IMG/VR virus record: IMGVR_UViG_2939162341_000002
Length of the DNA: 37,948 nt
Source: a virus
Lineage: Duplodnaviria > Heunggongvirae > Uroviricota > Caudoviricetes
Direction: 5' to 3' (one strand)
The notes beneath the pieces are model-generated. The model saw nothing but the letters and a program-made list of their open reading frames with translations. It did no database searches and had not been told where the DNA came from. The position numbers and the translations under genes are program-made. Within the stretch, counting starts at the first letter, position 1. Each line of letters begins with the position of its first letter. Below are positions 9,710 to 19,070 of the stretch, piece by piece.

Positions 9710-9922
9710 ATGTCTAACAAAATGACTGGTTTAGTGAAATGGTTTAACCCTGAAAAAGGTTTTGGTTTCATCACGCCGAAAGATGGTAGCAAAGATGTGT
9801 TTGTCCATTTCTCAGCTATTCAGAGCAACGATTTCAAAACGTTAACTGAGAATCAGGAAGTCGAATTTGGTATTGAGAACGGACCTAAAGGCCCCGCGGC
9901 TGTTCATGTTGTGGCACTTTGA
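9710..9922 (+). CDS. cspI: Cold-shock protein, CspA family (CspI-like)
   Basis: 70 aa; [38 protein letters not shown] matches CspA-family RNP motifs; roughly 360 bp upstream non-coding leader as in cold-shock genes. Confidence 0.9.
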   Translation: MSNKMTGLVKWFNPEKGFGFITPKDGSKDVFVHFSAIQSNDFKTLTENQEVEFGIENGPKGPAAVHVVAL

Positions 9923-10121
9923 GGTAGAAAATATTACAAACCATATTCACTTTAGATGCCCGTGTTGCCATGGTTCTCAGTATAGAACATCATCTTTTGA
10001 TGTTTCTGACAGGAATCCTTTCGGGGCAAAATGTATCTTTTGTAAATCAATGATGATTACATTTGATAATATTTCACAATACTTAAATGTTAGCCGTCTG
10101 TCGTTAGATTTAAGAAAGTGA
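9906..10121 (+). CDS. ynfN: Small Cys-rich protein (YnfN-like, Qin-type)
   Basis: Contains [19 protein letters not shown]...CIFCKS; the first in-frame ATG (9906) overlaps the cspI 3' end, so the true start is uncertain. Confidence 0.5.
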   Translation: MLWHFEVENITNHIHFRCPCCHGSQYRTSSFDVSDRNPFGAKCIFCKSMMITFDNISQYLNVSRLSLDLRK

Positions 10122-10127
10122 AAATGA

Positions 10128-10150
10128 AGGCTCCTTCGGGAGCTTTTTTG
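10128..10150 (+). terminator. Rho-independent terminator after the ynfN-like gene
   Basis: AGGCTCC-TTCG-GGAGCTT stem followed by TTTTTT. Confidence 0.6.
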
Positions 10151-10193
10151 CTTAGTGTCTAGTCGATGGATACTCACATATTACGGTAACATT

Positions 10194-10424
10194 ATGAAAA
10201 AAATAATAGTTTTTTTTAACTCTGAACCAGCAATGGTAGTGCCAGTGATGACCGGAGTTAACACCATCATGCGTGAATATCCAAATGGCGAAACAACACA
10301 CCTCACTGTAATGGCTGCAGGGTTTCCATCTCTGACCGGAGATCATAAAGTCATTTATGTAGCAGCGGATCGGCATGTAACTTCAGAAGAAATTCTGGAA
10401 GCAGCAATGAGACTCTTGAATTGA
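10194..10424 (+). CDS. Hypothetical small protein (76 aa from first ATG)
   Basis: ORF with ATG at 10194 (ORF-finder start is GTG at 10155); weak RBS; possibly related to Qin ynfO/ydfO-type genes but not confidently recognised. Confidence 0.4.
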   Translation: MKKIIVFFNSEPAMVVPVMTGVNTIMREYPNGETTHLTVMAAGFPSLTGDHKVIYVAADRHVTSEEILEAAMRLLN

Positions 10425-10596
10425 TTTGATTCTAATGCATTGATAATAAATGATAATCATCTTTATCTGTTTGTGTGAAATTTAGACCGTCGTATGTTGA
10501 TTATTGCGATGTTTCATCTTATCTTTTATACGCTTGCTCCATATAATTGACACTACTGTGTACCAGGAAAGTCATAACAGACTAAAAGAGGAAATG

Positions 10597-10770
10597 ATGA
10601 ACATTGAAGAGTTAAAAACAAAAACAGAAGCAGATATTTCTGAATATATAACAAAAAAAATCATTGAGCTTAAGAAAAAGACCGGGAAAGAAGTTACCAG
10701 TATCCAGTTTACTGCACGGGAAAAAATGACTGGTCTTGAAAGCTATGATATCAAGATTGATTTAATCTAG
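10597..10770 (+). CDS. gnsB: GnsA/GnsB family protein
   Basis: 57 aa (MNIEELKTKTEADISEYITKKIIELKKKTGKEVTSIQFTAREKMTGLESYDIKIDLI) matches GnsA/GnsB as recalled; RBS AAAGAGGAAA upstream; an extra ATG lies at 10594. Confidence 0.85.
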   Translation: MNIEELKTKTEADISEYITKKIIELKKKTGKEVTSIQFTAREKMTGLESYDIKIDLI

Positions 10771-11172
10771 TCTGTTTATAGCATTAGCATCAATTTCTCA
10801 TCAGATGCTATTCAACAATACAAATTACCCATAAACCTCGTTTTTACGGGGTTTTGTTATATTTAAACATTACCGAATAGGTATAAATCTCGATTGTCGA
10901 TGGTATTGGTTGTGTGACAATACCTAGTCTTTTCGGTATGCCTGAAGAGAATACAAACGACAGATTATGTAAGGGAAACGCGCTGAATCTTTCACTCTTT
11001 CATGCTGAGTGATTTGACGTTATATTTTTAGCCGTAAGTGAAGAGCAAACGCATGGAGCGACAAAATGCATAAAGATCAATACACTGATGCCCCCTCCCA
11101 GGAGCAGGTTCGTGTAAAAACTATGCTTAATAGCACCATTTCTGATCCTACCCACGTAATATGGACACAGGC

Positions 11173-12039
11173 CTAAGCGAGGTTCTTGTTTTCAAATTGT
11201 TCCGGACTGAGGCCGCCACACCAACTGTGCCGCCGCCACCGATTGTAATCACATTCGATATAATTAAACACCGTTGCCCGCATTATTTCCCGGCTGATAA
11301 AGTGTTCTCCATGGATACATTCCACTTTCAGCGAATGAAAGAAGCTTTCCACGCAGGCATTATCGTAGCAGCAACCTTTTGCGCTCATACTTCCACGCAG
11401 ATTATGCCGCTTCAGTTGCGCCTGATAATCTGCTGAACAGTACTGGCCTCCACGGTCCGTGTGAACGATAACGTTCCGGGGCCTCTTACGCCGCCACAGC
11501 GCCATCTGCAGGGCATCGCAGGCCAGTTGCGCCGTCATGCGTGGCGACATTGACCAGCCAATAACGGCACGTGACCACAGGTCAATGACCACTGCCAGAT
11601 ACAGCCAGCCTTCATCTGTACGTAAGTACGTGATGTCTCCTGCCCACTTCTGGTTCGGGCCACTGGCGTAAAAATCCTGCTCCAACAGATTTTCTGACAC
11701 AGGCAGGCCGTGTGCGCGGTAGCTGACCGGGCTGAACTTCCGGGAGGCCTTTGCCCTCAGTCCCTGACGGCGCAGGCTTGCCGCCACGGTTTTTACGTTA
11801 AAGGGGTAACCCTGAGCACGCAGTTCATCCGTCAGGCGTGGGGAACCGTAACGCTGTTTTGACCGGGTAAAAGCCGCGAGGACAACGCTGTCGCAGTGTT
11901 GGCGGAACTGCTGACGCGTGCTTATCCTTGTCCGCCGCTGACACCACGTATACCAGCCGCTGCGGGCCACCCGGAGCACGCGGCACATTGCTTTGATGCT
12001 GAACTCAGCCTGATGTTTTTCAATAAAGACATACTTCAT
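11173..12039 (-). CDS. insF: IS3 transposase OrfB (InsF, DDE integrase domain)
   Basis: 288-aa ORF recognised as IS3 InsF; overlaps orfA in the -1 frame as in IS3-family frameshift fusions. Confidence 0.93.
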   Translation of the reverse strand: MKYVFIEKHQAEFSIKAMCRVLRVARSGWYTWCQRRTRISTRQQFRQHCDSVVLAAFTRSKQRYGSPRLTDELRAQGYPFNVKTVAASLRRQGLRAKASRKFSPVSYRAHGLPVSENLLEQDFYASGPNQKWAGDITYLRTDEGWLYLAVVIDLWSRAVIGWSMSPRMTAQLACDALQMALWRRKRPRNVIVHTDRGGQYCSADYQAQLKRHNLRGSMSAKGCCYDNACVESFFHSLKVECIHGEHFISREIMRATVFNYIECDYNRWRRHSWCGGLSPEQFENKNLA

Positions 12040-12344
12040 TTCAGGCGCTTCGCGAAGTATGTCGCGGCCTTTTGGAGGATAGCCAGCTCTTCATCCCGTT
12101 CTGCCAGCTGGCGTTTGAGACGTGCAATCTCGGTAGACATCTCCAGTTCACGTTCAGAAGACGTCTGCTGATTTTGCTGTTTACTGCGCCAGTTGTAGAG
12201 TTGTGATTCATACAGGCTGAGTTCACGGGCTGCGGCAGTAACACCGATGCGTTCAGCAAGCTTCAGGGCTTCACTGCGAAATTCAGGCGAATGCTGTTTA
12301 CGGGGTTTTTTACTGGTTGATACTGTTTTTGTCATGTGAGTCAC
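12036..12344 (-). CDS. insE: IS3 transposase OrfA (InsE, HTH)
   Basis: ~100-aa ORF recognised as IS3 InsE ([32 protein letters not shown]...). Confidence 0.93.
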   Translation of the reverse strand: MTHMTKTVSTSKKPRKQHSPEFRSEALKLAERIGVTAAARELSLYESQLYNWRSKQQNQQTSSERELEMSTEIARLKRQLAERDEELAILQKAATYFAKRLK

Positions 12345-12401
12345 CTCTGACTGAGAGTTTACTCACTTAGCCGCGTGTCCACTATTGCTGGGTAAGATCA
12401 A

Positions 12402-12584
12402 AAGGCTGTCGTCCAGGTTCTGGAGACAATTCCGGATGTTCTTGAACGCGATTGCGCCCTGACTCCTCAGGCCGTTGGCGTTGTACAGCAGGCCATTGAT
12501 GACCTGCGATACACTCTTCAGGAAAAATCCTACGAGGCTTGTGCTGCTGAATTAATTCCTGATGAGGAAGGAGAGAGTCTCTAG
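12402..12584 (+). pseudogene. 3' remnant of the terminase small subunit gene, truncated by IS3
   Basis: Open frame starts exactly at the IS3 boundary with no start codon and ends in a TAATG stop/start overlap with the large terminase ATG, the usual small/large terminase coupling. Confidence 0.6.
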
Positions 12585-12592
12585 GAGGAATA

Positions 12593-14692
12593 ATGGGTTT
12601 TTCATCAGCCCGAAATTTGGGAAGGGACATATCGGCAGGATTTTCCCCACCACGTCGCATGCCGATTTCGGAGGCTGTTAAAAAATTCATGCGTGTTCCC
12701 AAGGGGGCTGGTAACTCGGTGCCATGGGATCCTGAACTGACACCCTACATCATTGAGCCCATGAACTGCCTGGCATCGCGTGAATACGATGCGGTGATTT
12801 TTGTTGGTCCTGCGCGAACAGGGAAGACCATTGGTCTGATCGATGGATGGATTGTCTATACCATCGTTTGCGATCCTTCGGACATGCTCGTTGTGCAGAT
12901 GACCGAAGATAAGGCCCGCGAGCATTCAAAAAAGCGCCTCGACAGAACGTTCAGAAGCAGTGCGGCGGTAAAGAAAAGAATGAGTCCACGTCGTAATGAC
13001 AATAATGTCCATGATAAGACGTTCAGGGATGGCTCGTTCCTTAAAATTGGTTGGCCCTCGGTCAACATTATGTCGTCGTCGGATTACCGGTTTGTCGCCT
13101 TAACCGATTACGACCGTTTTCCGGAGAATATCGACAGCGAGGGTGATGGTTTCTCCCTGGCCTCAAAACGTACCACCACATTTATGTCCGCCGGGATGAC
13201 TCTGGTGGAGAGCTCGCCGGGACGTGACATCTGCGACAGCAAATGGCGACGTAAGTCGCCTCATGAAGCGCCACCGACGACTGGTATTCTTTCCCTTTAC
13301 AATCGTGGTGACCGCCGCCGCTGGTACTGGCCATGTCCGCACTGCGGTGAATATTTTCAGCCAGCCATGGATGCCATGACCGGCTACCGTAATGAACCGG
13401 ATCCCTTTAAAGCCAGTGAGGCGGCGTATCTACTTTGCCCGCACTGCAGCGGCATTATCACTGCGGAGAAAAAGCGTGAGCTCAATAGTGCAGGAGTCTG
13501 GTTGCGTGAAGGTCAGGTCATTGATTGTAACGGCAACGTTTCCGGTGAACCGCGCCGCTCCCGTATCGCCAGTTTCTGGATGGAAGGGCCAGCTGCTGCG
13601 TATCAGACCTGGGCGCAACTGGTTTACAAATTACTGACTGCAGAACAGGAGTATGAAGCGACAGGAAGTGAAGAAACACTCAGGGCGGTTATCAACACCG
13701 ACTGGGGATTACCTTATCTTCCCCGCGCCAGCATGGAGCAACGAAAAAGTGAACTGCTTGAGCAGCGGGCAGAGCCAGTTCCTTCCCGCAGTGTGCCAGA
13801 TGGCGTTAATTTTCTTGTGGCGACAGTGGATGTGCAGGCGGGACGTCACCGCCGTTTTGTGGTTCAGGTAACGGGCTATGGCAGCCGTGGCGAACGCTGG
13901 ATTATTGATCGTTACAACATCACGCAGTCATTGCGCGGTGACAGCGACGGGGAGAGCCAGCGAATTGATCCGGCCAGCTATCCGGAAGACTGGGATGTCC
14001 TGCTGACGGATGTTTTTCATAAAAGCTGGCCGCTGGCCTCCGATCCTTCTCAACAAATGCGACTGATGGCAATGGCGGTGGACTCCGGCGGTGAAGACGG
14101 GGTCACTGATAATGCCTATAAATTCTGGCGTCGTTGCCGTCGTGATGGCCTTGGTAAACGTATTTACCTGTTTAAGGGCGACAGCATCCGGCGCGCAAAA
14201 CTGATCACCCGTACATTCCCTGATAACACCGGACGAACGGGCCGACGGGCGCAGGCCGCAGGTGATGTGCCGCTCTGGCTTCTTCAGACGGATGCACTGA
14301 AAGACCGGGTGAATAACGCGTTATGGCGTGACTCGCCAGGTCCCGGCTATGTGCATTTCCCTGACTGGCTGGGGAGCTGGTTTTACGACGAACTGACGTA
14401 TGAAGAGCGGAGCAGTGACGGGAAATGGAGTAAGCCGGGTCGCGGTGCCAACGAAGCTTTTGACCTGATGGTGTATGCCGAGGCTCTGGTCATTCTGCAT
14501 GGATACGAAAAGATCCGCTGGCCGGATGCACCGGAGTGGGCGAGCCGGGAAACCTGGCTGGAGTGTGTCCCGGACAGTACCGAACCGTCATCCTCACCGG
14601 AACCGGTATCCACGCCTGTTAAAAAACAAAAACGGAAGAAAACAGTAACTGACGATGTTAACCCCTGGCTGACTTCCGGAGGATGGTTATGA
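12593..14692 (+). CDS. Terminase large subunit (GpA family)
   Basis: 699 aa; Walker A (VGPARTGKT); zinc-finger-like CPHCGEYFQ...CPHCSG resembling lambda gpA as recalled; followed by W-like and portal genes. Confidence 0.9.
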   Translation: MGFSSARNLGRDISAGFSPPRRMPISEAVKKFMRVPKGAGNSVPWDPELTPYIIEPMNCLASREYDAVIFVGPARTGKTIGLIDGWIVYTIVCDPSDMLVVQMTEDKAREHSKKRLDRTFRSSAAVKKRMSPRRNDNNVHDKTFRDGSFLKIGWPSVNIMSSSDYRFVALTDYDRFPENIDSEGDGFSLASKRTTTFMSAGMTLVESSPGRDICDSKWRRKSPHEAPPTTGILSLYNRGDRRRWYWPCPHCGEYFQPAMDAMTGYRNEPDPFKASEAAYLLCPHCSGIITAEKKRELNSAGVWLREGQVIDCNGNVSGEPRRSRIASFWMEGPAAAYQTWAQLVYKLLTAEQEYEATGSEETLRAVINTDWGLPYLPRASMEQRKSELLEQRAEPVPSRSVPDGVNFLVATVDVQAGRHRRFVVQVTGYGSRGERWIIDRYNITQSLRGDSDGESQRIDPASYPEDWDVLLTDVFHKSWPLASDPSQQMRLMAMAVDSGGEDGVTDNAYKFWRRCRRDGLGKRIYLFKGDSIRRAKLITRTFPDNTGRTGRRAQAAGDVPLWLLQTDALKDRVNNALWRDSPGPGYVHFPDWLGSWFYDELTYEERSSDGKWSKPGRGANEAFDLMVYAEALVILHGYEKIRWPDAPEWASRETWLECVPDSTEPSSSPEPVSTPVKKQKRKKTVTDDVNPWLTSGGWL

Positions 14693-14901
14693 ACCAGAAT
14701 GATATCGAAGCCATGATTCAGCGTTATACGGAAGCTGAAATGGCGGTGCTGGACGGAAAATCCGTCACCTTTAATGGTCAGCAGATGACCATGGAAAACT
14801 TATCTGAGATCCGGCAGGGACGGCAGGAGTGGGAGCGCCGCCTTGCGGCTCTGATTACACGACGACGGGGGCATCCCGGGTATCGGCTGGCGAGGTTCTG
14901 A
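14689..14901 (+). CDS. Head-tail joining protein (lambda gpW-like)
   Basis: ~70 aa; ATGA overlap with the terminase stop; RBS GGAGGA; position between terminase and portal as in lambda. Confidence 0.7.
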   Translation: MNQNDIEAMIQRYTEAEMAVLDGKSVTFNGQQMTMENLSEIRQGRQEWERRLAALITRRRGHPGYRLARF

Positions 14902-16409
14902 TGGCAATTCTTGATGATGTGATTGGCGTTTTTTCACCAGGATGGAAAGCGGCAAGGCTGCGTTCCCGTGCGGTGATCCAGGCTTATGAGGCCGTAAAAA
15001 CGACGCGGACACACAAAGCCCGACGGGAGAACCGAACTGCCGACCAGTTAAGCCAGTACGGGGCCGTGTCGTTACGTGAGCAGGCCCGTTACCTTGATAA
15101 CAACCACGATCTGGTTATTGGTGTATTTGACAAGCTGGAAGAACGGGTGGTGGGGAAAAACGGGATTATTGTCGAGCCACATCCGGTATTACGCAATGGG
15201 GCCATTGCCCGTGACCTGGCTGCGGAGATTCGCACCCGATGGAGTGAATGGTCTGTCAGCCCGGAAGTCACCGGGCAGTTTACCCGTCCGATGCTGGAAC
15301 GTCTGATGCTTCGTACCTGGCTGCGCGATGGTGAGGTGTTTGCCCAGATGGTTTCCGGGCGCATAAACAGCCTGACGCCTTCTGCCGGTGTTCATTTCTG
15401 GCTGGAGGCGCTCGAGCCGGACTTTATTCCCATGACCAGTGATGAGAGCAACAGGCTGAATCAGGGCGTGTTTGTTGATGACTGGGGGCGTCCCGAAAAA
15501 TATCTGGTGTATAAAAGCCGTCCCGTATCCGGACGGCAGATGGAAACCAAAGAAGTGGATGCAGAGCGAATGCTGCATCTTAAATTTGTTCGCCGTCTGC
15601 ACCAGATGCGCGGGACGTCTTTATTGTCCGGTGTGCTGATCCGCCTCAGTGCCCTGAAAGAGTATGAAGATTCTGAGCTGACTGCAGCAAGGATCGCCGC
15701 TGCTCTGGGGATGTACATCCGGAAAGGCGACGGGCAGAGCTATGAAGCGGATGGTAATGGCAGCAAGGATAAGGAACGCGAGCTTACCATTCAGCCAGGC
15801 ATTATTTACGATGATCTGAAACCCGGCGAAGAAATCGGAATGGTGAAGTCGGATCGCCCAAATCCTAACCTTGAAACTTTTCGTAATGGTCAGTTGCGTG
15901 CCGTGGCGGCGGGCAGTCGTCTGAGTTTTTCCAGTACAGCGCGCAACTATAACGGCACTTACAGCGCCCAGCGTCAGGAGCTGGTTGAATCCACTGATGG
16001 CTACCTGATCCTGCAGGACTGGTTTATTGGTGCCGTCACCCGTCCGATGTATCGTGCCTGGCTGAAACAGGCTGTGGCATCCGGTGTTATCAGGCTACCC
16101 CGCGATCTTGACCTTTCTTCACTGTATACCGCGGTGTATTCCGGACCGGTGATGCCGTGGATTGACCCTGTTAAGGAGGCTGAGGCCTGGAAAATCCAGA
16201 TTCGTGGTGGAGCGGCGACAGAATCAGACTGGGTACGTGCTGGTGGTCGTAATCCGGATGATGTCAAACGTCGGCGCAAGGCCGAAATTGATGAAAACCG
16301 CAAGCTGGATCTGGTATTTGATACCGATCCGGCCAGTGATAAAGGAGGCAGCAGTGCCGCAACGAAACGACAGGAGCCGCAGCACACCGACGACCAGTCC
16401 GAAGAATAA
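14901..16409 (+). CDS. Portal protein (lambda B family)
   Basis: 502 aa from ATG at 14901 (TGATG overlap with the W stop); acidic C-terminus; gene order terminase-W-portal-protease. Confidence 0.85.
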   Translation: MAILDDVIGVFSPGWKAARLRSRAVIQAYEAVKTTRTHKARRENRTADQLSQYGAVSLREQARYLDNNHDLVIGVFDKLEERVVGKNGIIVEPHPVLRNGAIARDLAAEIRTRWSEWSVSPEVTGQFTRPMLERLMLRTWLRDGEVFAQMVSGRINSLTPSAGVHFWLEALEPDFIPMTSDESNRLNQGVFVDDWGRPEKYLVYKSRPVSGRQMETKEVDAERMLHLKFVRRLHQMRGTSLLSGVLIRLSALKEYEDSELTAARIAAALGMYIRKGDGQSYEADGNGSKDKERELTIQPGIIYDDLKPGEEIGMVKSDRPNPNLETFRNGQLRAVAAGSRLSFSSTARNYNGTYSAQRQELVESTDGYLILQDWFIGAVTRPMYRAWLKQAVASGVIRLPRDLDLSSLYTAVYSGPVMPWIDPVKEAEAWKIQIRGGAATESDWVRAGGRNPDDVKRRRKAEIDENRKLDLVFDTDPASDKGGSSAATKRQEPQHTDDQSEE

Positions 16410-16422
16410 TTCCTGGTTCAGG

Positions 16423-18282
16423 ATGCAGGCTGGTCACCAGAGTGACGCGGATATTTATATTTATGACGAGATTGGTTTCTGGGGTGTTACAGCGAAGCAG
16501 TTTATCAGTGATCTGAATGCACTGGGCGATATCACCCACATTAATCTCCATATTAATTCACCGGGTGGCGATGTCTTTGAAGGCATCGCCATTTTTAATG
16601 CGCTGAAAACACATGGTGCGTCCATTACCGTTTATGTCGACGGTGTGGCGGCGTCAATGGCGTCGGTCATTGCGATGGTGGGAAACCCGGTCATTATGCC
16701 GGAAAACACCTTCATGATGATTCATAAACCATTTGGCTTTACGGGCGGTGATGCGGAGGACATGCGCACCTATGCCGACCTGCTCGATAAAGTTGAGGCG
16801 GTTCTGTTACCCGCTTATGCACAGAAAACCGGGAAAACCACCGATGAAATTGCTGCCATGCTGGCGGATGAGACCTGGATGTCCGGTGCCGAATGTCTGG
16901 CACATGGATTTGCTGATCAGGTGACACCAGCCGTTAAGGCAATGGCATGTATTCAGTCAAAACGTACAGAGGAATTTAAAAAGATGCCGGAATCCATTCG
17001 AAATATGATTACTCCGCCACGCAACAGTGCTCCACGCGTACAGGATGATGGACCTGCAGCCTCCCGGACGCCAGTGCAGGCAGCAGCACCCGTGGTGGAT
17101 GAAAACAGCATCCGTGCGCAGGTCCTGGCAGAGCAAAAAGCGCGTGTAAACGGTATTAATGATCTGTTTGCCATGTTTGGCGGGCGTTATCAGTCGTTGC
17201 AGGCTCAGTGTCTTGCCGATCCTGAATGTTCGCTGGAGCAGGCCCGCGAAAAGCTGTTGAACGAGATGGGGCGCGAGTCCACGCCATCCAATAAAAATAC
17301 CCCGGCTCATATTTATGCCGGTAACGGTAATTTTGTGGGGGACGGGATCCGCCAGGCGCTGATGGCGCGTGCCGGATTTGAAAAAACCGAACGTGATAAT
17401 GTCTACAACGGGATGACCCTGCGTGAATATGCCCGTATGTCACTGACTGAACGGGGTATTGGGGTTTCCAGTTATAACCCGATGCAGATGGTCGGTGCGG
17501 CGTTCACACACAGTACGTCTGACTTCGGTAATATTCTGCTGGATGTTGCGAACAAAGCCATTCTGCAGGGCTGGGAAGATGCCCCTGAAACCTATGAACA
17601 GTGGACGCGGAAAGGTCAGTTGTCTGATTTTAAAATTGCCCATCGTGTGGGTATGGGGGGCTTCAGTGCTCTGCGTCAGGTGCGTGAAGGGGCGGAATAT
17701 AAATACGTCACCACCGGAGATAAACAGGCCACTATTGCACTAGCGACCTATGGCGAGCTGTTCAGTATCACCCGTCAGGCCATTATCAATGATGATCTGA
17801 ATATGCTGACCGATGTCCCGATGAAACTGGGCCGTGCGGCGAAATCCACTATTGCCGATCTGGTTTATGCCATTCTGACGTCTAACCCGAAAATCTCCAC
17901 AGATAATGTAAGTCTGTTCGATAAAGCGAAACATGCAAACGTACTGGAGAGCGCTGCAATGGACGTGGCATCGCTGGATAAAGCCCGCCAGTTGATGCGC
18001 GTTCAGAAAGAGGGGGAGCGTCATCTGAATATTCGTCCTGCGTTCGTACTGGTACCGACGGCGATGGAGTCTGTTGCTAACCAGGTCATTCGCTCCTCAA
18101 GTGTCAAGGGGGCTGACATTAACGCCGGTATTATTAACCCGGTGAAAGATTTTGCGACCGTTATTGCAGAGCCTCGTCTTGATGATAACAGCCAGACCAC
18201 CTTCTACCTGGCTGCGTCAAAAGGCTCCGATACGATTGAAGTGGCTTATCTCAACGGTGTGGATACGCCATATATTGATTAG
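16423..18282 (+). CDS. Fused prohead protease (ClpP/S14-like) and major capsid protein
   Basis: 620 aa from ATG at 16423; N-terminal ClpP-like region (IYIYDEIGFWGV...NSPGGDVFEGIAIFNALKTHG...MASVIAMVG); long C-terminal capsid-like domain. Ends at a TAG followed by 32 in-frame codons. Confidence 0.8.
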   Translation: MQAGHQSDADIYIYDEIGFWGVTAKQFISDLNALGDITHINLHINSPGGDVFEGIAIFNALKTHGASITVYVDGVAASMASVIAMVGNPVIMPENTFMMIHKPFGFTGGDAEDMRTYADLLDKVEAVLLPAYAQKTGKTTDEIAAMLADETWMSGAECLAHGFADQVTPAVKAMACIQSKRTEEFKKMPESIRNMITPPRNSAPRVQDDGPAASRTPVQAAAPVVDENSIRAQVLAEQKARVNGINDLFAMFGGRYQSLQAQCLADPECSLEQAREKLLNEMGRESTPSNKNTPAHIYAGNGNFVGDGIRQALMARAGFEKTERDNVYNGMTLREYARMSLTERGIGVSSYNPMQMVGAAFTHSTSDFGNILLDVANKAILQGWEDAPETYEQWTRKGQLSDFKIAHRVGMGGFSALRQVREGAEYKYVTTGDKQATIALATYGELFSITRQAIINDDLNMLTDVPMKLGRAAKSTIADLVYAILTSNPKISTDNVSLFDKAKHANVLESAAMDVASLDKARQLMRVQKEGERHLNIRPAFVLVPTAMESVANQVIRSSSVKGADINAGIINPVKDFATVIAEPRLDDNSQTTFYLAASKGSDTIEVAYLNGVDTPYID

Positions 18283-18467
18283 ATGGAGGGCTTCAGTGTG
18301 GATGGCGTGACAACGAAAGTGCGTATTGACGCCGGTGTCGCGCCAGTTGATCACCGCGGTCTGGTGAAATGTACGGCGTAAACGTCGCAGACAACAACTC
18401 TGATGGCCCGTAAGGGCTTTTTTTGTACCTGAAATCAGCCCCTGAACGGGGCTGTGCGGAGACAGTT

Positions 18468-18791
18468 ATGGCAAAGAATTTTGTAGAAGAAGGAAAAACG
18501 GTGGCGATTGTTGCCAGTGCAGCCATCAGCAGCGGAGATCTGGTGCAGGTGGGCGATGTTTTTGCGGTGGCGCTGACCGATATTCCACAGGGTGAAACAG
18601 GCGACGGCATGACCGAAGGTGTGTTTATGCTGCCTAAGCTGAAAACGGATGACATGAAAACGGGTAAGAAGGTTTATCTGAAGTCCGGAAAAGTTCAGCT
18701 GACTAACAGCGGCTCTGAGCCGCTGGTCGGGGTTGTCTGGGCAGATGCTGGAACCAGTGCAGAAGAAGTGCCGGTAAAACTCAATGTCTGA
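18468..18791 (+). CDS. Small head-associated protein (DUF2190-like, possible decoration protein)
   Basis: 107 aa from ATG at 18468 with GGAG RBS; immediately downstream of the capsid gene; family assignment from memory, low certainty. Confidence 0.55.
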   Translation: MAKNFVEEGKTVAIVASAAISSGDLVQVGDVFAVALTDIPQGETGDGMTEGVFMLPKLKTDDMKTGKKVYLKSGKVQLTNSGSEPLVGVVWADAGTSAEEVPVKLNV

Positions 18792-19059
18792 TCCCTTTTC
18801 CCGGCTGGCTGCGCGTATGGATGCTATCACGGTCAGAAAGATGGGAAAGACAGCCTCGATTAATGATGTCGATATGACTGTGATCCCGGGAGAAACACTG
18901 GCAGAACTGAATGCTCTGTCCGGACCTGCGGTCTCTCTGGTGGTGTTTTCTTCGGGATACCGCCCACGGCGCGGGGATCGCGTTGTTTATGACGGACAAC
19001 AATGGACGGTCACACGGCATGAACGCTTTAACGGTAAGCCAATGATCTTTATTGAGTAA
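18784..19059 (+). CDS. Head-tail connector protein (lambda gpFII-like)
   Basis: 91 aa; ATG overlaps the preceding stop; position and size consistent with FII. Confidence 0.6.
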   Translation: MSDPFSRLAARMDAITVRKMGKTASINDVDMTVIPGETLAELNALSGPAVSLVVFSSGYRPRRGDRVVYDGQQWTVTRHERFNGKPMIFIE

Positions 19060-19070
19060 AGAGGTGTGGG

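Larger units (their letters stand above)
11143..12400 (-). mobile_element. IS3 insertion sequence (1258 bp)
   Basis: Ends TGATCCTACCCACGTAATATGGACACAGG (at 11143) and ...CTGGGTAAGATCA (at 12400) match IS3 termini as recalled; orfA/orfB pair inside. Flanking 3 bp differ (ttc vs aaa), so no target-site duplication. Confidence 0.93.

Noticed and set aside
11161-11436. Plus-strand ORFs inside IS3 (11161..11436, 11896..12171)
   Set aside because: Antisense to the IS3 transposase genes; IS3 is known to encode only orfA/orfB.
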